Shown: positions 8,041 to 17,855, numbered from the stretch's first letter. The stretch: DNA of 26,479 bases from Nostoc sp. DedSLP01 (GCA_034530875.2 JAVRCJ020000064.1:1-26479), one strand, 5' to 3'. The notes: generated from the letters alone by a model not told the origin. A program made the numbers and translations.

Positions 8041-8143
8041 AGGTATTCTGTAAGAAGTGTAAAGACTGTTTTAATGAGAGTTATTTTCTTTACAAATTTT
8101 AATACATCTTTTCATTGTGTGGCGATCGGTTGAGGCTCAAAGC

Positions 8144-8173
8144 TTGCTTTATACTACAAATGTAGTATAAAAT
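8144..8173 (+). promoter_or_regulatory. Predicted rtcB promoter overlapped by a perfect palindrome
   Basis: TTGCTT (8144) - 18 bp - TAAAAT (8168); TTTATACTACA-AA-TGTAGTATAAA at 8148-8171. Confidence 0.55.
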
Positions 8174-8185
8174 AGTTTTGTTGTG

Positions 8186-8360
8186 TGGGCATGGGGGATG
8201 GGGCATGGGGCATTGGGAGGTGTGAGAAGAGAGAGGGGTATAAATTCTCTTTCTCCCCACACTTTCCCCCCATCTCCTCATCTCCTCATCTCCCCCTGCT
8301 CCCTCTGCCCCCTCTGCCTCCCCTGCTCCCTTACCTCCCCATTCCCCACTCCCTACTCCC
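8186..8360. repeat. STRR-type short tandem repeats
   Basis: GGGGCAT/GGGGATG then CTCCTCAT/CCCCTGCT/CTCCCCA tracts typical of Nostocales intergenic DNA. Confidence 0.8.
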
Positions 8361-8426
8361 TTGAACTACCTGATGCCAAATTCCCAATTTAAAACCTAAA
8401 ATTAAAAATCCAAAATAGTAAAAATT

Positions 8427-9608
8427 ATGCCCTACGAAAAGTTAGAAATTACCACACCAGCACCCGTTTTATCTTGGGCAAATCACTCTTTAGGCCCAGA
8501 AGAAACCAAGATGGCAAAGAATGTAGCATCGCTGCCATTTGTATTTAAGCACGTAGCGTTGATGCCAGATGTCCACTTAGGTAAAGGTGCCTTAGTTGGT
8601 TCTGTAATAGCCACCAAAGAAGCGATTATACCTGCTGCTGTGGGCGTAGATGTGGGTTGCGGGATGTGCGCTATCAAAACGCCATTTACCGCCGAACAAT
8701 TAGAAGGTAAACTCAAAAAAATCCGTTTGGATATAGAAGCAGCAATTCCTACAGGATTCAACGAAAATAAAGACGTTGAAAAATCTGTTAGCAACTGGCA
8801 AAAGTGGAGCGAATTTAAAGATTTGCATCGCGGCGTGCAAGACTTGCAAAATAAAGCCATGAAACAAATGGGTTCTCTTGGCGGAGGCAATCATTTTATT
8901 GAAGTGTGTCTCGATACAGAGAATCAAGTTTGGTTAATGCTGCATTCTGGTTCCCGCAATATTGGCAATAATCTAGCTCAGTGTCACATCAACACAGCCA
9001 AAGAATTAGCGAAGATGGCAGGTGAGAAATTACCTGACCCCGATTTAGCTTACTTTGTCGCTGGTACGGCAGAATTCAAAGCATACTGGCACGATTTACA
9101 GTGGGCGCAAGAGTATGCCCGTGTCAACCGCGATGTGATGATGGCGCGTTTTAAGCACATTGTCGAGAAGCATGTTGCAGGTGGAAAGCCGACTAAACCT
9201 TTATTACAGGTGAATTGTCATCACAATTACGCCGAAAAAGAAGTACATTTTGACGAGGATGTGTACGTTACTCGTAAAGGTGCAGTCCGCGCTCAAACAG
9301 AAGATTATGGCATTATTCCTGGTTCAATGGGAGCAAAATCTTTCATTGTTAAAGGTAAAGGTAATGCCGAAAGTTTTTGTTCTTGCTCTCACGGTGCAGG
9401 TCGTTTATTGTCTAGAAATAAGGCAAAAAATGTCTACACTCTTGATGATTTGATTGAGCAAACTCAAGGTGTAGAATGCCGAAAAGATACAGGAGTTTTA
9501 GATGAAATTCCCGGAGCTTATAAACCGATAGAACAAGTGATGGCAAATCAAGCGGATTTGGTCGAAGTTGTAGCAACCCTCAAGCAAGTTATGTGCGTGA
9601 AAGGGTAA
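8427..9608 (+). CDS. rtcB: RNA 3'-phosphate/5'-OH ligase RtcB
   Basis: MPDVHLGKG, VGVDVGCGM, GSLGGGNHFIE, LHSGSR, HHNYA, RKGA, PGSMG, SHGAGR, DEIPGAYK, C-terminal VKG. Confidence 0.96.
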   Translation: MPYEKLEITTPAPVLSWANHSLGPEETKMAKNVASLPFVFKHVALMPDVHLGKGALVGSVIATKEAIIPAAVGVDVGCGMCAIKTPFTAEQLEGKLKKIRLDIEAAIPTGFNENKDVEKSVSNWQKWSEFKDLHRGVQDLQNKAMKQMGSLGGGNHFIEVCLDTENQVWLMLHSGSRNIGNNLAQCHINTAKELAKMAGEKLPDPDLAYFVAGTAEFKAYWHDLQWAQEYARVNRDVMMARFKHIVEKHVAGGKPTKPLLQVNCHHNYAEKEVHFDEDVYVTRKGAVRAQTEDYGIIPGSMGAKSFIVKGKGNAESFCSCSHGAGRLLSRNKAKNVYTLDDLIEQTQGVECRKDTGVLDEIPGAYKPIEQVMANQADLVEVVATLKQVMCVKG

Positions 9609-9718
9609 AAAAAGGGGAAAAGGTTAAAGGGTAAAGGGAAAAGCAATGAACTATCTGCTCACGATTTCATTCACTTTTAAATTTTACCCTTTGCGTTACC
9701 GTTATTGATAAATTAGCT

Positions 9719-9741
9719 AGGTGGGTAATATCCACCTTTTT
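9719..9741 (+). terminator. Probable intrinsic terminator after rtcB
   Basis: AGGTGGG-TAATA-TCCACCT followed by a T run. Confidence 0.55.
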
Positions 9742-9776
9742 AATTTTTTCAATCCAGAGCTATACAGAAAACATAT

Positions 9777-10661
9777 ATGATTGTCTTAAGTGAAGCAATC
9801 GAACAAATTGAGCGATCGGCTAGTGCTAACGAAAATAGATTAATGACCGAAGCGGCTCAATTATTAGGGTGTAAAGTTTATCATATTCCGCGAGATTTTG
9901 AACGGTGTGGTACAGCAGAAAATGCTTTGTGGCACATTCCTAATTATCCTCAAGAAACTGCTGCTATTTGGATAGGATATATTCCTGAGTTCGAGCGATA
10001 TGAAGCTATATATCAAGCTGCTTTAGCTAAGGGAATCAAATTAATTAACACTCCATTAGAACATAAAACGGCATTGGAATTTGACCTGTTTTATCCTCTT
10101 TTAAAAGGATTGACACCTGAGAGCTTGGTAATTACCTCAACAAACCAATGTATTGAGGCTGGTGAATTGTTGGGATTTCCCGTATTTGTTAAAGGGGTAG
10201 TTCAATCTAGAAAAATGCAAGGATGGAAATCTTGTAGAGCAAATAATCAAGAAGAACTGCTGAGATTAACACAAGGGTTATTAAAACTTAAAGATTATTC
10301 ACGAGGAAGAGTTATTGTTAGAAAGCTAGTCAATTTGTTCCATAAACGCCTAGCTTTTAATGGTTTTCCAATGGGAAGAGAATTTAGATGTTTTATTTAT
10401 AATCAACAGATTTTAGAATATGGATATTATTGGGATGGTAAAGACAATTTGAGCAAATTATCGAAAGAAGAGGAAAAGCAAGTTTTAAGTTTAGCAGTTC
10501 TGGCTTCTCAACAGCTCAAAGTTCCATATATAGCAATTGATATAGGACAATTAGAAAGTGGAGAATGGATTGTTATAGAGACAGCAGATGCTCAATTTGC
10601 TGGTCTTTGTCAAATTCCTGCACTTGAGTTGTGGAATAAACTAAAAGATATCTCCTCTTAA
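9777..10661 (+). CDS. ATP-grasp domain protein, R2K clade (DUF4343-like)
   Basis: FPVFVKG..QSRK (two Lys), REFRCF (Arg), IAIDIG..ESGEWIVIE..D ATP-grasp motifs. Confidence 0.75.
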   Translation: MIVLSEAIEQIERSASANENRLMTEAAQLLGCKVYHIPRDFERCGTAENALWHIPNYPQETAAIWIGYIPEFERYEAIYQAALAKGIKLINTPLEHKTALEFDLFYPLLKGLTPESLVITSTNQCIEAGELLGFPVFVKGVVQSRKMQGWKSCRANNQEELLRLTQGLLKLKDYSRGRVIVRKLVNLFHKRLAFNGFPMGREFRCFIYNQQILEYGYYWDGKDNLSKLSKEEEKQVLSLAVLASQQLKVPYIAIDIGQLESGEWIVIETADAQFAGLCQIPALELWNKLKDISS

Positions 10662-10705
10662 TAAAATAGACGATACTACTACTATATTACATTAGGAAGC
10701 TCGTA

Positions 10706-11635
10706 ATGGAGAGGTATTCTAATTTCACCTATTATATCCATTGTGATAACTTAGACCTAATAGAACAGGCTCTAAATTGTATTTTTGAAGAAGAAGGGAG
10801 TCGTCGGATTGGTTTACCGACCCTTTCTGTAGATATTGAAGAATTGTATTGCAACCGCTGGCTATTATGTAATGAATTGTGGGTAATTGGACTGTTCGTT
10901 GGTTCACTTGGATGGACGATTGTCAAAATATTGCCTGAGCAACTACTATGCCGTCGAGCAAAAAATGCTGACCGACCCCGATTATCCCAACTAGCAATGC
11001 AGCTTAATACTGATGCTTTTTATATAGGTTGCAGCGAAGTAGAAAATATTCTTATGGAAACAGATGCTAAAGGTAACATCTTCATTTCTGGTTCAGTTGA
11101 CACGGATGAATCAGAAGAAGATAAATTTTTTGATGAGCAGATTAACTTAGAAAATTATATCCCATCAATAGAGGAACCAAAGCTGATACACTCAACAGAA
11201 CCTCAACGGTTTTTCTTGTTAAAGATGTCAGAGCAAGTGCAAAAAGCAGAGCAAGAACTAAAAACAGAAGAAGACAAAAGGTTTGAGGAATGGCAGGAGC
11301 AGTTCTTAGACAGTTATGCTAAACGTTATTTTTCTCTAATGTTACCCGATGAGTTGCAACAGTGGAAGGTAAGGTTTCGGCAGAATAGAAATCAGCTATT
11401 TGCCGAAAAAGGAGGAAATAAGTTATTTCGAGCTTGGTGCGATGCATGGCAGGACTTAAGTGACATGCCTAGCGGTTTTCAAATATTCGAGATAGCCACA
11501 GGGCGATTGTTAGGTGGGACGCCTAATTACTGGCATCTAGGAAATGAACCTTTAGTTTATCGTGCTTACACACAACAACAGCAGCTAGAAGCTGATGGGG
11601 CGCGGCTATTGTACTTTGAAACTCTGTCACCGTAA
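10706..11635 (+). CDS. Hypothetical protein
   Basis: 309 aa ORF, AGGAAG upstream, 44 bp after the ATP-grasp gene; no motif recognised. Confidence 0.75.
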   Translation: MERYSNFTYYIHCDNLDLIEQALNCIFEEEGSRRIGLPTLSVDIEELYCNRWLLCNELWVIGLFVGSLGWTIVKILPEQLLCRRAKNADRPRLSQLAMQLNTDAFYIGCSEVENILMETDAKGNIFISGSVDTDESEEDKFFDEQINLENYIPSIEEPKLIHSTEPQRFFLLKMSEQVQKAEQELKTEEDKRFEEWQEQFLDSYAKRYFSLMLPDELQQWKVRFRQNRNQLFAEKGGNKLFRAWCDAWQDLSDMPSGFQIFEIATGRLLGGTPNYWHLGNEPLVYRAYTQQQQLEADGARLLYFETLSP

Positions 11636-11722
11636 TATCTGAAATTTATGTATAGACATAGAAACACCACATCTCTACATAAGTTTGTCTGCAACAAATT
11701 TTACCGTAAGTATTTTTTGTTA

Positions 11723-11757
11723 TTAGGATTATCAGCGTATTTGGCTGATAATCCTAA
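11723..11757. terminator. Hairpin between convergent genes, probable bidirectional terminator
   Basis: TTAGGATTATCAGC-GTATTTG-GCTGATAATCCTAA perfect 14-bp stem. Confidence 0.75.
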
Positions 11758-11783
11758 CATTTAAATTTGGCGTTTTTTCAAAA

Positions 11784-13097
11784 CTACAGTGTCAAAGAGT
11801 GAGCATCTGTCTCAATCAATTTCGCCAAATCTTGCAAGAATGCCGCAGCATGGGCACCGTAAATAATCCGGTGGTCTGAGGTAATATTTACTTGCATTTG
11901 TTGGCGCACGGCAAATAAACCATCTGGTGTTGCGGCCACTTGCGGACGAGATGCACCGATCGCTAAAATCGAACCTTGTCCTGGTGGTAAAATCGCATCA
12001 AATGTATCTACACCAAACATCCCTAAGTTAGACAGGGTAAAAGTACCGCTGTTATATTCTTGGGGTTGTAGTTGTTTTGTTCTGGCACGTTCTACTAAAG
12101 ACTTCCAAGTACGCGATAGAGAGTAAATATCCACTGCGTCTGCATTTTGCAGCACGGGTGTAATTAATCCGCCATCATCCATCGCCACAGCTACAGAAAT
12201 ATTGATATCAGAATGATAAACAATTCCTTGGTCTGAGTAGCTAGCGTTCAAAAGTGGGTGTTTTTGTAATGTGACCGCTACAGCTTTCGCCAGTAGCGCT
12301 GTCATTGTTACGCCTTTGGATTTAATTTTTTTATAAAGCTTGTCTAGCTCATCAGTGGTAATGGTGTAACCAACACGGAACACAGGCACAGATAGGCTCG
12401 CTACCATATTCCGCACTACCGCATTTTGGAAGGTAGTTAGAGGCACAATGGAACCAGGAACGGCTGCGACGGCTGGTACTGGTGCGGCGGCTGGTGTCGG
12501 TGGTGCAGGAGGTGCTACTGGGGTCACAGTTGGTATTGCTGGGGCTGCAACTGGGGTAGAGGCGGGTTGCTTACCTTTATTAACGACTCCTTCCACATCT
12601 TCGGCAACAATGCGACCGTAGGGGCCACTGCCTTTAAGTGTTGTCAAATCAACTTTGAGTTCTTTTGCTAACTTGCGGGCGCGGGGTGAAGCTACAAGTC
12701 TTCCTTCTCGGTGGTTAGAGCCATTTTGAGACGCCGAAGCAGGTGCTCCAACTGAGGCGGTGACGGGAACTGGTTCGGGAGAAGAGGTAGTACTAGGAGT
12801 ACTAGCAGCTGCGCCACCGGAATTGGCAAGGGATTTCGCACTTTCAATTTCAGCTTCCGTTTCAGCAATGAAAGCGATCGCAGATCCTACCGAGGCAGTT
12901 TCACCAGCTTCTACTATGATATGGGCAAGAAATCCTTCGTAAAAGGATTCTACATCCATGTCTGCCTTATCTGACTCTACAACCACCACTGTTTCGCCTT
13001 TTTCCACCTTATCTCCCGGCGATTTCACCCAGGAGACTATTTTACCTTCGGTCATGGTGGAACTCAGCGCCGGCATAAATACTTCGTGAATGCTCAT
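11784..13097 (-). CDS. pdhC: Pyruvate dehydrogenase E2, dihydrolipoamide acetyltransferase
   Basis: Lipoyl domain VESDKADMDVE, E3-binding ASPRARKLA...GSGPYGRI, catalytic DHRIIYGA. Confidence 0.96.
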   Translation of the reverse strand: MSIHEVFMPALSSTMTEGKIVSWVKSPGDKVEKGETVVVVESDKADMDVESFYEGFLAHIIVEAGETASVGSAIAFIAETEAEIESAKSLANSGGAAASTPSTTSSPEPVPVTASVGAPASASQNGSNHREGRLVASPRARKLAKELKVDLTTLKGSGPYGRIVAEDVEGVVNKGKQPASTPVAAPAIPTVTPVAPPAPPTPAAAPVPAVAAVPGSIVPLTTFQNAVVRNMVASLSVPVFRVGYTITTDELDKLYKKIKSKGVTMTALLAKAVAVTLQKHPLLNASYSDQGIVYHSDINISVAVAMDDGGLITPVLQNADAVDIYSLSRTWKSLVERARTKQLQPQEYNSGTFTLSNLGMFGVDTFDAILPPGQGSILAIGASRPQVAATPDGLFAVRQQMQVNITSDHRIIYGAHAAAFLQDLAKLIETDAHSLTL

Positions 13098-13200
13098 AGG
13101 GTGGTTTGGGAATCAATGGTTTTTCGACTTTAACAGCTTTTATCAGATCGAATTGTATCTCGATCGAAGAATTTTCGACTGAAGATTTTATATTTTAAGT

Positions 13201-13298
13201 TGGGTATGGGGCAGGGGGCAGGGGGCAGGGGGCAGGAGGCAGGGGAAAACTAATGACTAATGACTAATGACTGATGACTGATGACTAATGACCAATAC
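13201..13298. repeat. STRR heptamer tracts
   Basis: (GGGGCAG)n followed by (AATGACT/GATGACT)n. Confidence 0.85.
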
Positions 13299-13569
13299 CC
13301 AAATTAAGGAACCTAAATCTCACTTAAAGGTCTATACTACAGAGTTATCGTCAAAGGATAATTAATAAATATCTCATTTTAGTTGTTGGGTTTCAAAAAC
13401 CACGACAAGTGTCTCACAAATTAAATAGGATTGCTACAGATTGAATATATTTATATTCCTCCTACTACATTAAGATAGAGGAGTTTCTTAAAGGTAGAGG
13501 ATATCAGATACAGTTCAATCTAGAATTCAAGATTGGTAATTAACCTGTTTGAAATTCCTGTTTACTTTT

Positions 13570-14043
13570 ATGTCGGCAAAGTTAAAACTCTTTTTAATTG
13601 TGATACTAAGTATCTTTGCCACCGCTAGCGCGGGAGTTTACATAACTCAGCGACAGCAATCTCCACCAATTGTTGACAATGTTGATGGGCAACCGCAACA
13701 GGTGAGAACCATACATCAGTCTCAGGAGGTTGTGGCAGACTCAGAGCGTTCCAATTATCAAGCCATACCTCTAGAAACTATCAACTCATCTCTGCAAGGT
13801 AGCGATCCTGCTACCCTGGCTCTGAATGCCTTTGACGATATACCATCAGTGCGAGGAACGCGAAAGGTAGAGGTGGCTTATCCAGCACGAAATCAAGCTT
13901 TGGTAACGATTACACAAATCGAGCAGGGTAAGAAGTCTCTGAGTACGGTTAAATATCGCGTGGAAATGACAACTTTTGGGCGATCGCTTTTTATTAGTTC
14001 GCCTCCAGTATGGCAAATTGTTTGGGCTGGGGTGAGCGATTAG
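13570..14043 (+). CDS. Hypothetical secreted or membrane-anchored protein
   Basis: N-terminal hydrophobic segment; ORF open from TTG 13549, ATG at 13570 preferred. Confidence 0.7.
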   Translation: MSAKLKLFLIVILSIFATASAGVYITQRQQSPPIVDNVDGQPQQVRTIHQSQEVVADSERSNYQAIPLETINSSLQGSDPATLALNAFDDIPSVRGTRKVEVAYPARNQALVTITQIEQGKKSLSTVKYRVEMTTFGRSLFISSPPVWQIVWAGVSD

Positions 14044-14055
14044 TTAAAAATTAAA

Positions 14056-14157
14056 GTTAGGAGTGAGGAGTTGGGACTCAAGAGTGAGGAGTTAGAGTTA
14101 AAAGTCAGAATTTGAATTGAAATTCATAACTCATAACTCATAACTCATAACTCATAA
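14056..14157. repeat. STRR tracts between convergent genes
   Basis: GAGTTAG/GAGTGAG units and (CATAACT)n, mutually complementary. Confidence 0.75.
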
Positions 14158-14162
14158 GTTTA

Positions 14163-14612
14163 CTAAATGTCGCCGCGAATTTCTTCGACAACGCCATCGC
14201 GCAGAACAATTTCAACTTGCATTTTGCTAATCAAATTATCTCCGGTTTCTACTTTGAAAAAGCCTTCCATTTGGAATTGGTTGACTTCTTGATCCTGTTG
14301 GAGAAACTGCACTTGCTGGAGGTTTTGTAGCAACTGATTTTTCTGCTCTAGGAATTCGCTTTTCTTTTGATTGACCTGGAGTTGAATATTGTCAATTTGT
14401 TGCAGGGTTTGGGGGCCGGGTGGTTGCAGACTCTGCTTTTGAATTGCAGTAATTGCTCTTTGTCCTTCGACGTCTAGCTGTTGCAGTTGCTGGTCAAGTT
14501 GATTGATCTGTGCTTGTAGCTGCTGTTGTACTTCCTCTTTCCAGAGAGGAGTAACAATCACTTTCACGTTGACGACGCGTTTGAGCAGCAATGAAGATTT
14601 GGAGATATCCAT
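14163..14612 (-). CDS. YlqD family protein
   Basis: LLLKRVVNVKVIVTP, Gln-rich coiled coil, VETGDNL...EIVLRDGVVEEIR. Confidence 0.85.
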   Translation of the reverse strand: MDISKSSLLLKRVVNVKVIVTPLWKEEVQQQLQAQINQLDQQLQQLDVEGQRAITAIQKQSLQPPGPQTLQQIDNIQLQVNQKKSEFLEQKNQLLQNLQQVQFLQQDQEVNQFQMEGFFKVETGDNLISKMQVEIVLRDGVVEEIRGDI

Positions 14613-14653
14613 AAATACTTAACGTTCACTCTTATAGTTGGCGGGTGGAATTA

Positions 14654-16630
14654 TCAGGCAAACATGCCGTTAATAATATCGCGATAGCGTTCCACGACGA
14701 CGTGTCGTCGAATCTTCAAGGTTTGGGTCATCAAGCCATTTTCGATAGAAAACGGTTCTAGTATGAATTTGAACGGCCCGATGCGGTCATCTGGTCGATA
14801 CCCTGGACGATTGAGCACTTCGCGATTTAATTCTTGGCGAAATAAATCCTGGATCATTTTACTCTCCAAGTCTATTTTTTGACTGGATGAGGAAGTTTGA
14901 CCATCGCTTTTGATATCCAATGTCAAATTCTGGGCTGCTGCCCATTTTTCTAAGGCTTCGAGATTGGGGACAATTAAGGCTCCTAAACTGCGCTGGTCTT
15001 GACCGAGAAGCATGATTTGATCGATATATGGCGATCGCAAACACGCATCTTCAATCGGCTGTGGTTCGATGTTTTCGCCGTTAGTCAAGACAATGGTATC
15101 CTTGGCTCTACCAGTTAGCACTAAGTCGTTTTGTGGTGTCAACCAACCCAAGTCGCCGCTATCAAACCAACCTTCGGGGTCAATTGCTTTGGCTGTGGCT
15201 TCGGGATTTTGGTAATAGCCTTGCATAATTTGCGGCCCCCTTAACAAGACCAAGCCTCGCTTTTCTACTGGTAAAGGTGCTTTTGTCTCAGGATCTACGA
15301 TTTTAGCTTCTGTGGCGGGGAGTGGTAGCCCCGATGCGCCGATTAAATTCCGCCAAGGACGACGCACGTGGGTAACAGGAGAAGTTTCCGTCAAGCCATA
15401 ACCTTGCAAAATCTGGACGCCAATAATTTCAAAAAAGTTATCGATGTGTCTCGGAAGCGCACCGCCGCCGCTAATCATCTGCTTGACTTGTCCGCCTGTG
15501 GCTTCCCGCACTTTGGCATAAACTAGTTTTTCTCCCAATTTATGCAAGGGTAACAAAGCTGTTGCTTGTATGCTAGCTGCAAATCGTTCCACCGCTGAGG
15601 GATGAAGATTATTTAAATCCAATCCTTGAGCAACTCGCTGGGCTTTAATATATTTCTCGCTGATGCCTAATAAAAATTTAATTAGGCGTTGCTTGCTGGC
15701 TGGTTGTTCGCGGAACTGTTTTTGCACCCCTTCATAAATCGATTCCCACAAACGGGGTACACCTACCATGTAGTTGGGTTTAAATTGTCTCAAATCTCCT
15801 TTTACAGAGCGCAAATTAGTATAAACTTGCGTGCAACCTTGAGATAGGAGGTAATATTCAACAGTTCGTTCGTAGCTGTGCCATGAAGGTAAGATACTGA
15901 GAACTATGTCGCCCGGATTTGGTTGCAATACTGTGCCAAATGTTGTTACTTGGTGCATCAAGTTACTATAAGACAGCATCACACCCTTGGGTTTGCCAGT
16001 GGTGCCAGAGGTGTAAATTAAAGTTGCCAGAGCATCGCGTTTTTGCTTGGCTGGTACAAAAGTATGGTTTGCGCCAATTTCATCCAATTGGGCAAAATTT
16101 AGCACCTTTAAGGGTAGATCCGTCGGTGGTGTTTCATCTGAAAGCAAGATGACGAATTGAATTGGTAGATCGTTGAGGCGTTCTTGTAATTTTTTAAGTG
16201 TCTTTAAATCTTCAATTACCACTGCTGTACTGCCACTATTAGCGATAATGAACAGCAGTTCTTCTTTTTCAGCTTGAGAACTCCGCACCGCATCAACTCC
16301 TCCAGCAGTCATGATACCTTGGTCGGCAATAAACCAGCGAGGACTGTTGTCAGCAATTAAGGAAATGCGATCGCCACCTTTGACTCCCAACGCCTGCAAA
16401 CCAGCAGCAAATAGTTGTATTTTCTCTGCTAATTGGGTGTAAGTAATAACTATTTCTGGCTTAGCGTGGGGGCTGCGCAGGGCAACAACATTACCGAATT
16501 CCCGAGCTGCTATCGGCCAAATGTCTGGTAGCGATTCCACATTTGTGTAATCTACCAACTTCTTTAATGCTTGGCGTTCTTGTTCGCTGATATCAGATAA
16601 AAAAGAAGACGCAGTTTGTGTTTTTGACAT
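14654..16630 (-). CDS. aas: Long-chain acyl-ACP/acyl-CoA synthetase (AMP-binding)
   Basis: YTSGTTGKPKG, GYGLTET, GWFDSGDLG, GRAKDTIVL; length and aas-ylqD-pdhC context typical of cyanobacteria. Confidence 0.88.
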   Translation of the reverse strand: MSKTQTASSFLSDISEQERQALKKLVDYTNVESLPDIWPIAAREFGNVVALRSPHAKPEIVITYTQLAEKIQLFAAGLQALGVKGGDRISLIADNSPRWFIADQGIMTAGGVDAVRSSQAEKEELLFIIANSGSTAVVIEDLKTLKKLQERLNDLPIQFVILLSDETPPTDLPLKVLNFAQLDEIGANHTFVPAKQKRDALATLIYTSGTTGKPKGVMLSYSNLMHQVTTFGTVLQPNPGDIVLSILPSWHSYERTVEYYLLSQGCTQVYTNLRSVKGDLRQFKPNYMVGVPRLWESIYEGVQKQFREQPASKQRLIKFLLGISEKYIKAQRVAQGLDLNNLHPSAVERFAASIQATALLPLHKLGEKLVYAKVREATGGQVKQMISGGGALPRHIDNFFEIIGVQILQGYGLTETSPVTHVRRPWRNLIGASGLPLPATEAKIVDPETKAPLPVEKRGLVLLRGPQIMQGYYQNPEATAKAIDPEGWFDSGDLGWLTPQNDLVLTGRAKDTIVLTNGENIEPQPIEDACLRSPYIDQIMLLGQDQRSLGALIVPNLEALEKWAAAQNLTLDIKSDGQTSSSSQKIDLESKMIQDLFRQELNREVLNRPGYRPDDRIGPFKFILEPFSIENGLMTQTLKIRRHVVVERYRDIINGMFA

Positions 16631-16861
16631 AACACCTTAACTAAAGATTTTTAACACTTTGCTTTTCTAGCTTATTTTGTTATTCCCCTACAATAACCGC
16701 CTTCATTATTCACATTCTCTTTTCTGTAGGAGCGTTCCAGGAATTCCTACTTTCCATTTATAAAAATTTATGTTAAGATTGATTTACATAGACTGCAAGC
16801 TATAGATCGCGTTTGCAGTTAGAAACAGCGATCGCCTATTTTTCACAGGGGATGATTACCT

Positions 16862-17110
16862 ATGAATTTTATAGACGTAACACTGCTAACGCTGATCGAT
16901 ATTGCTGCGTGCATTACGTTACCTAAACTGATAGCTATTCTTCTAGCTAAGAAAACCAAAGTTATTGAATTATCAGCAAATAATTCAGAATTACAAAGAG
17001 CCAAAGTTAAAGTTACAAGTTTTCCGTATTGTACAGTTTATCCATTGACGGGTAGCCAATACTGCAAATTTAGTCCCGATTTTTGCGCTCGGTGTTCTCC
17101 ACATTCATAG
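16862..17110 (+). CDS. Small hypothetical membrane protein with Cys-rich C-terminus
   Basis: 82 aa, AGGGG upstream, N-terminal hydrophobic helix, C-x10-C-x6-C-x2-C tail. Confidence 0.6.
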   Translation: MNFIDVTLLTLIDIAACITLPKLIAILLAKKTKVIELSANNSELQRAKVKVTSFPYCTVYPLTGSQYCKFSPDFCARCSPHS

Positions 17111-17122
17111 AGTATTTGGCAG

Positions 17123-17286
17123 GCCTCACAGATCGCTACTCTTAATCGAGACATTATTAATCTGCGTTGGATTTGTGATGGATTTGTGCCAATTGAAGCT
17201 TTGGGGAAGTTTCATAAACCTATTGTTTGGACATTCCACGGTGCGCATTCACTGGAGGATGCTGCTATAGCAAAGGGTGCGATCGC
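17123..17286 (+). pseudogene. Frameshifted internal fragment of a family 4 (WcaC-like) glycosyltransferase
   Basis: ASQIATLNRDIINLRWICDGFVPIEALGKFHKPIVWTFH then, after a frameshift, AFTGGCCYSKGCDR; matches recalled motif PDIINLHW...KPIVWTLHDMWAFTGGCHY..CDR. Confidence 0.75.
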
Positions 17287-17384
17287 GAGAAAGCAGAACA
17301 AGAATTTACCTTAGAACTACAAGCACGTCGTTATTATTCTGTGTCTAAGGAAGTATGTATTAATACTTAGATAAAAATACCAAT

Positions 17385-17436
17385 AAATAAACCCGCTAGC
17401 CATAGACTTAGCGGGGAAAGCACATTGTTTTTATAT
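17385..17436 (-). ncRNA. Candidate ~50-nt small RNA with own promoter and terminator
   Basis: Minus strand TTGACA (17471-17466) - 17 bp - TAGATT (17448-17443); then CCCGCTA-N10-TAGCGGG hairpin (17415-17392) and TTTATTT. Confidence 0.6.
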
Positions 17437-17576
17437 TTTTGTAATCTAACCGTTAAAAGCTAAACTGTCAAGCATTTTTTTATTTTTTAGTCTACTACCT
17501 AAAGTAAGAGAAATGTATATGCTATTATCAAGCTAGATGAATGTAAGTAACATACAAAACCTATTAATAGACACAA

Positions 17577-17760
17577 TCATGCGATCGTCATGTCATTGTA
17601 GTCGCGGTTTCCACCACCAAATTATGTCTTCAATACCAAAGAAGTTATTACCTAAACTACGTATGTGGTCTACGCGATCGCCGTTAATTCCTATACAAGG
17701 CATAAGAAGATGGTTGAAATCATTATCAATACGAGGGGTTTTGTCAATCAGCAATACCAC
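17577..17760 (-). pseudogene. Frameshifted remnant of a DUF4114-type C-terminal domain
   Basis: GINGDRVDHIRSLGNNFFGIED, frameshift, FGGGNRDYNDMTIA*; matches recalled motif DHIRLLGNNTFGFEDL.GGGD.DYNDM. Confidence 0.7.
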
Positions 17761-17855
17761 CGATCTACATCTCTTCGTTAAAACAGCAGAGGGACTTTAT
17801 GAGCAGAGGAGAGGTTAGCCCTGTAATGAATCCCGCGATCGCTCTGTTTTCATAT

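Noticed and set aside
8099..8392. ORFs 8099..8281 and 8183..8392
   Set aside because: Low-complexity translations of STRR tracts
17537..17818. 93-aa + strand ORF
   Set aside because: Antisense shadow of the DUF4114 remnant, which has the recognisable motif
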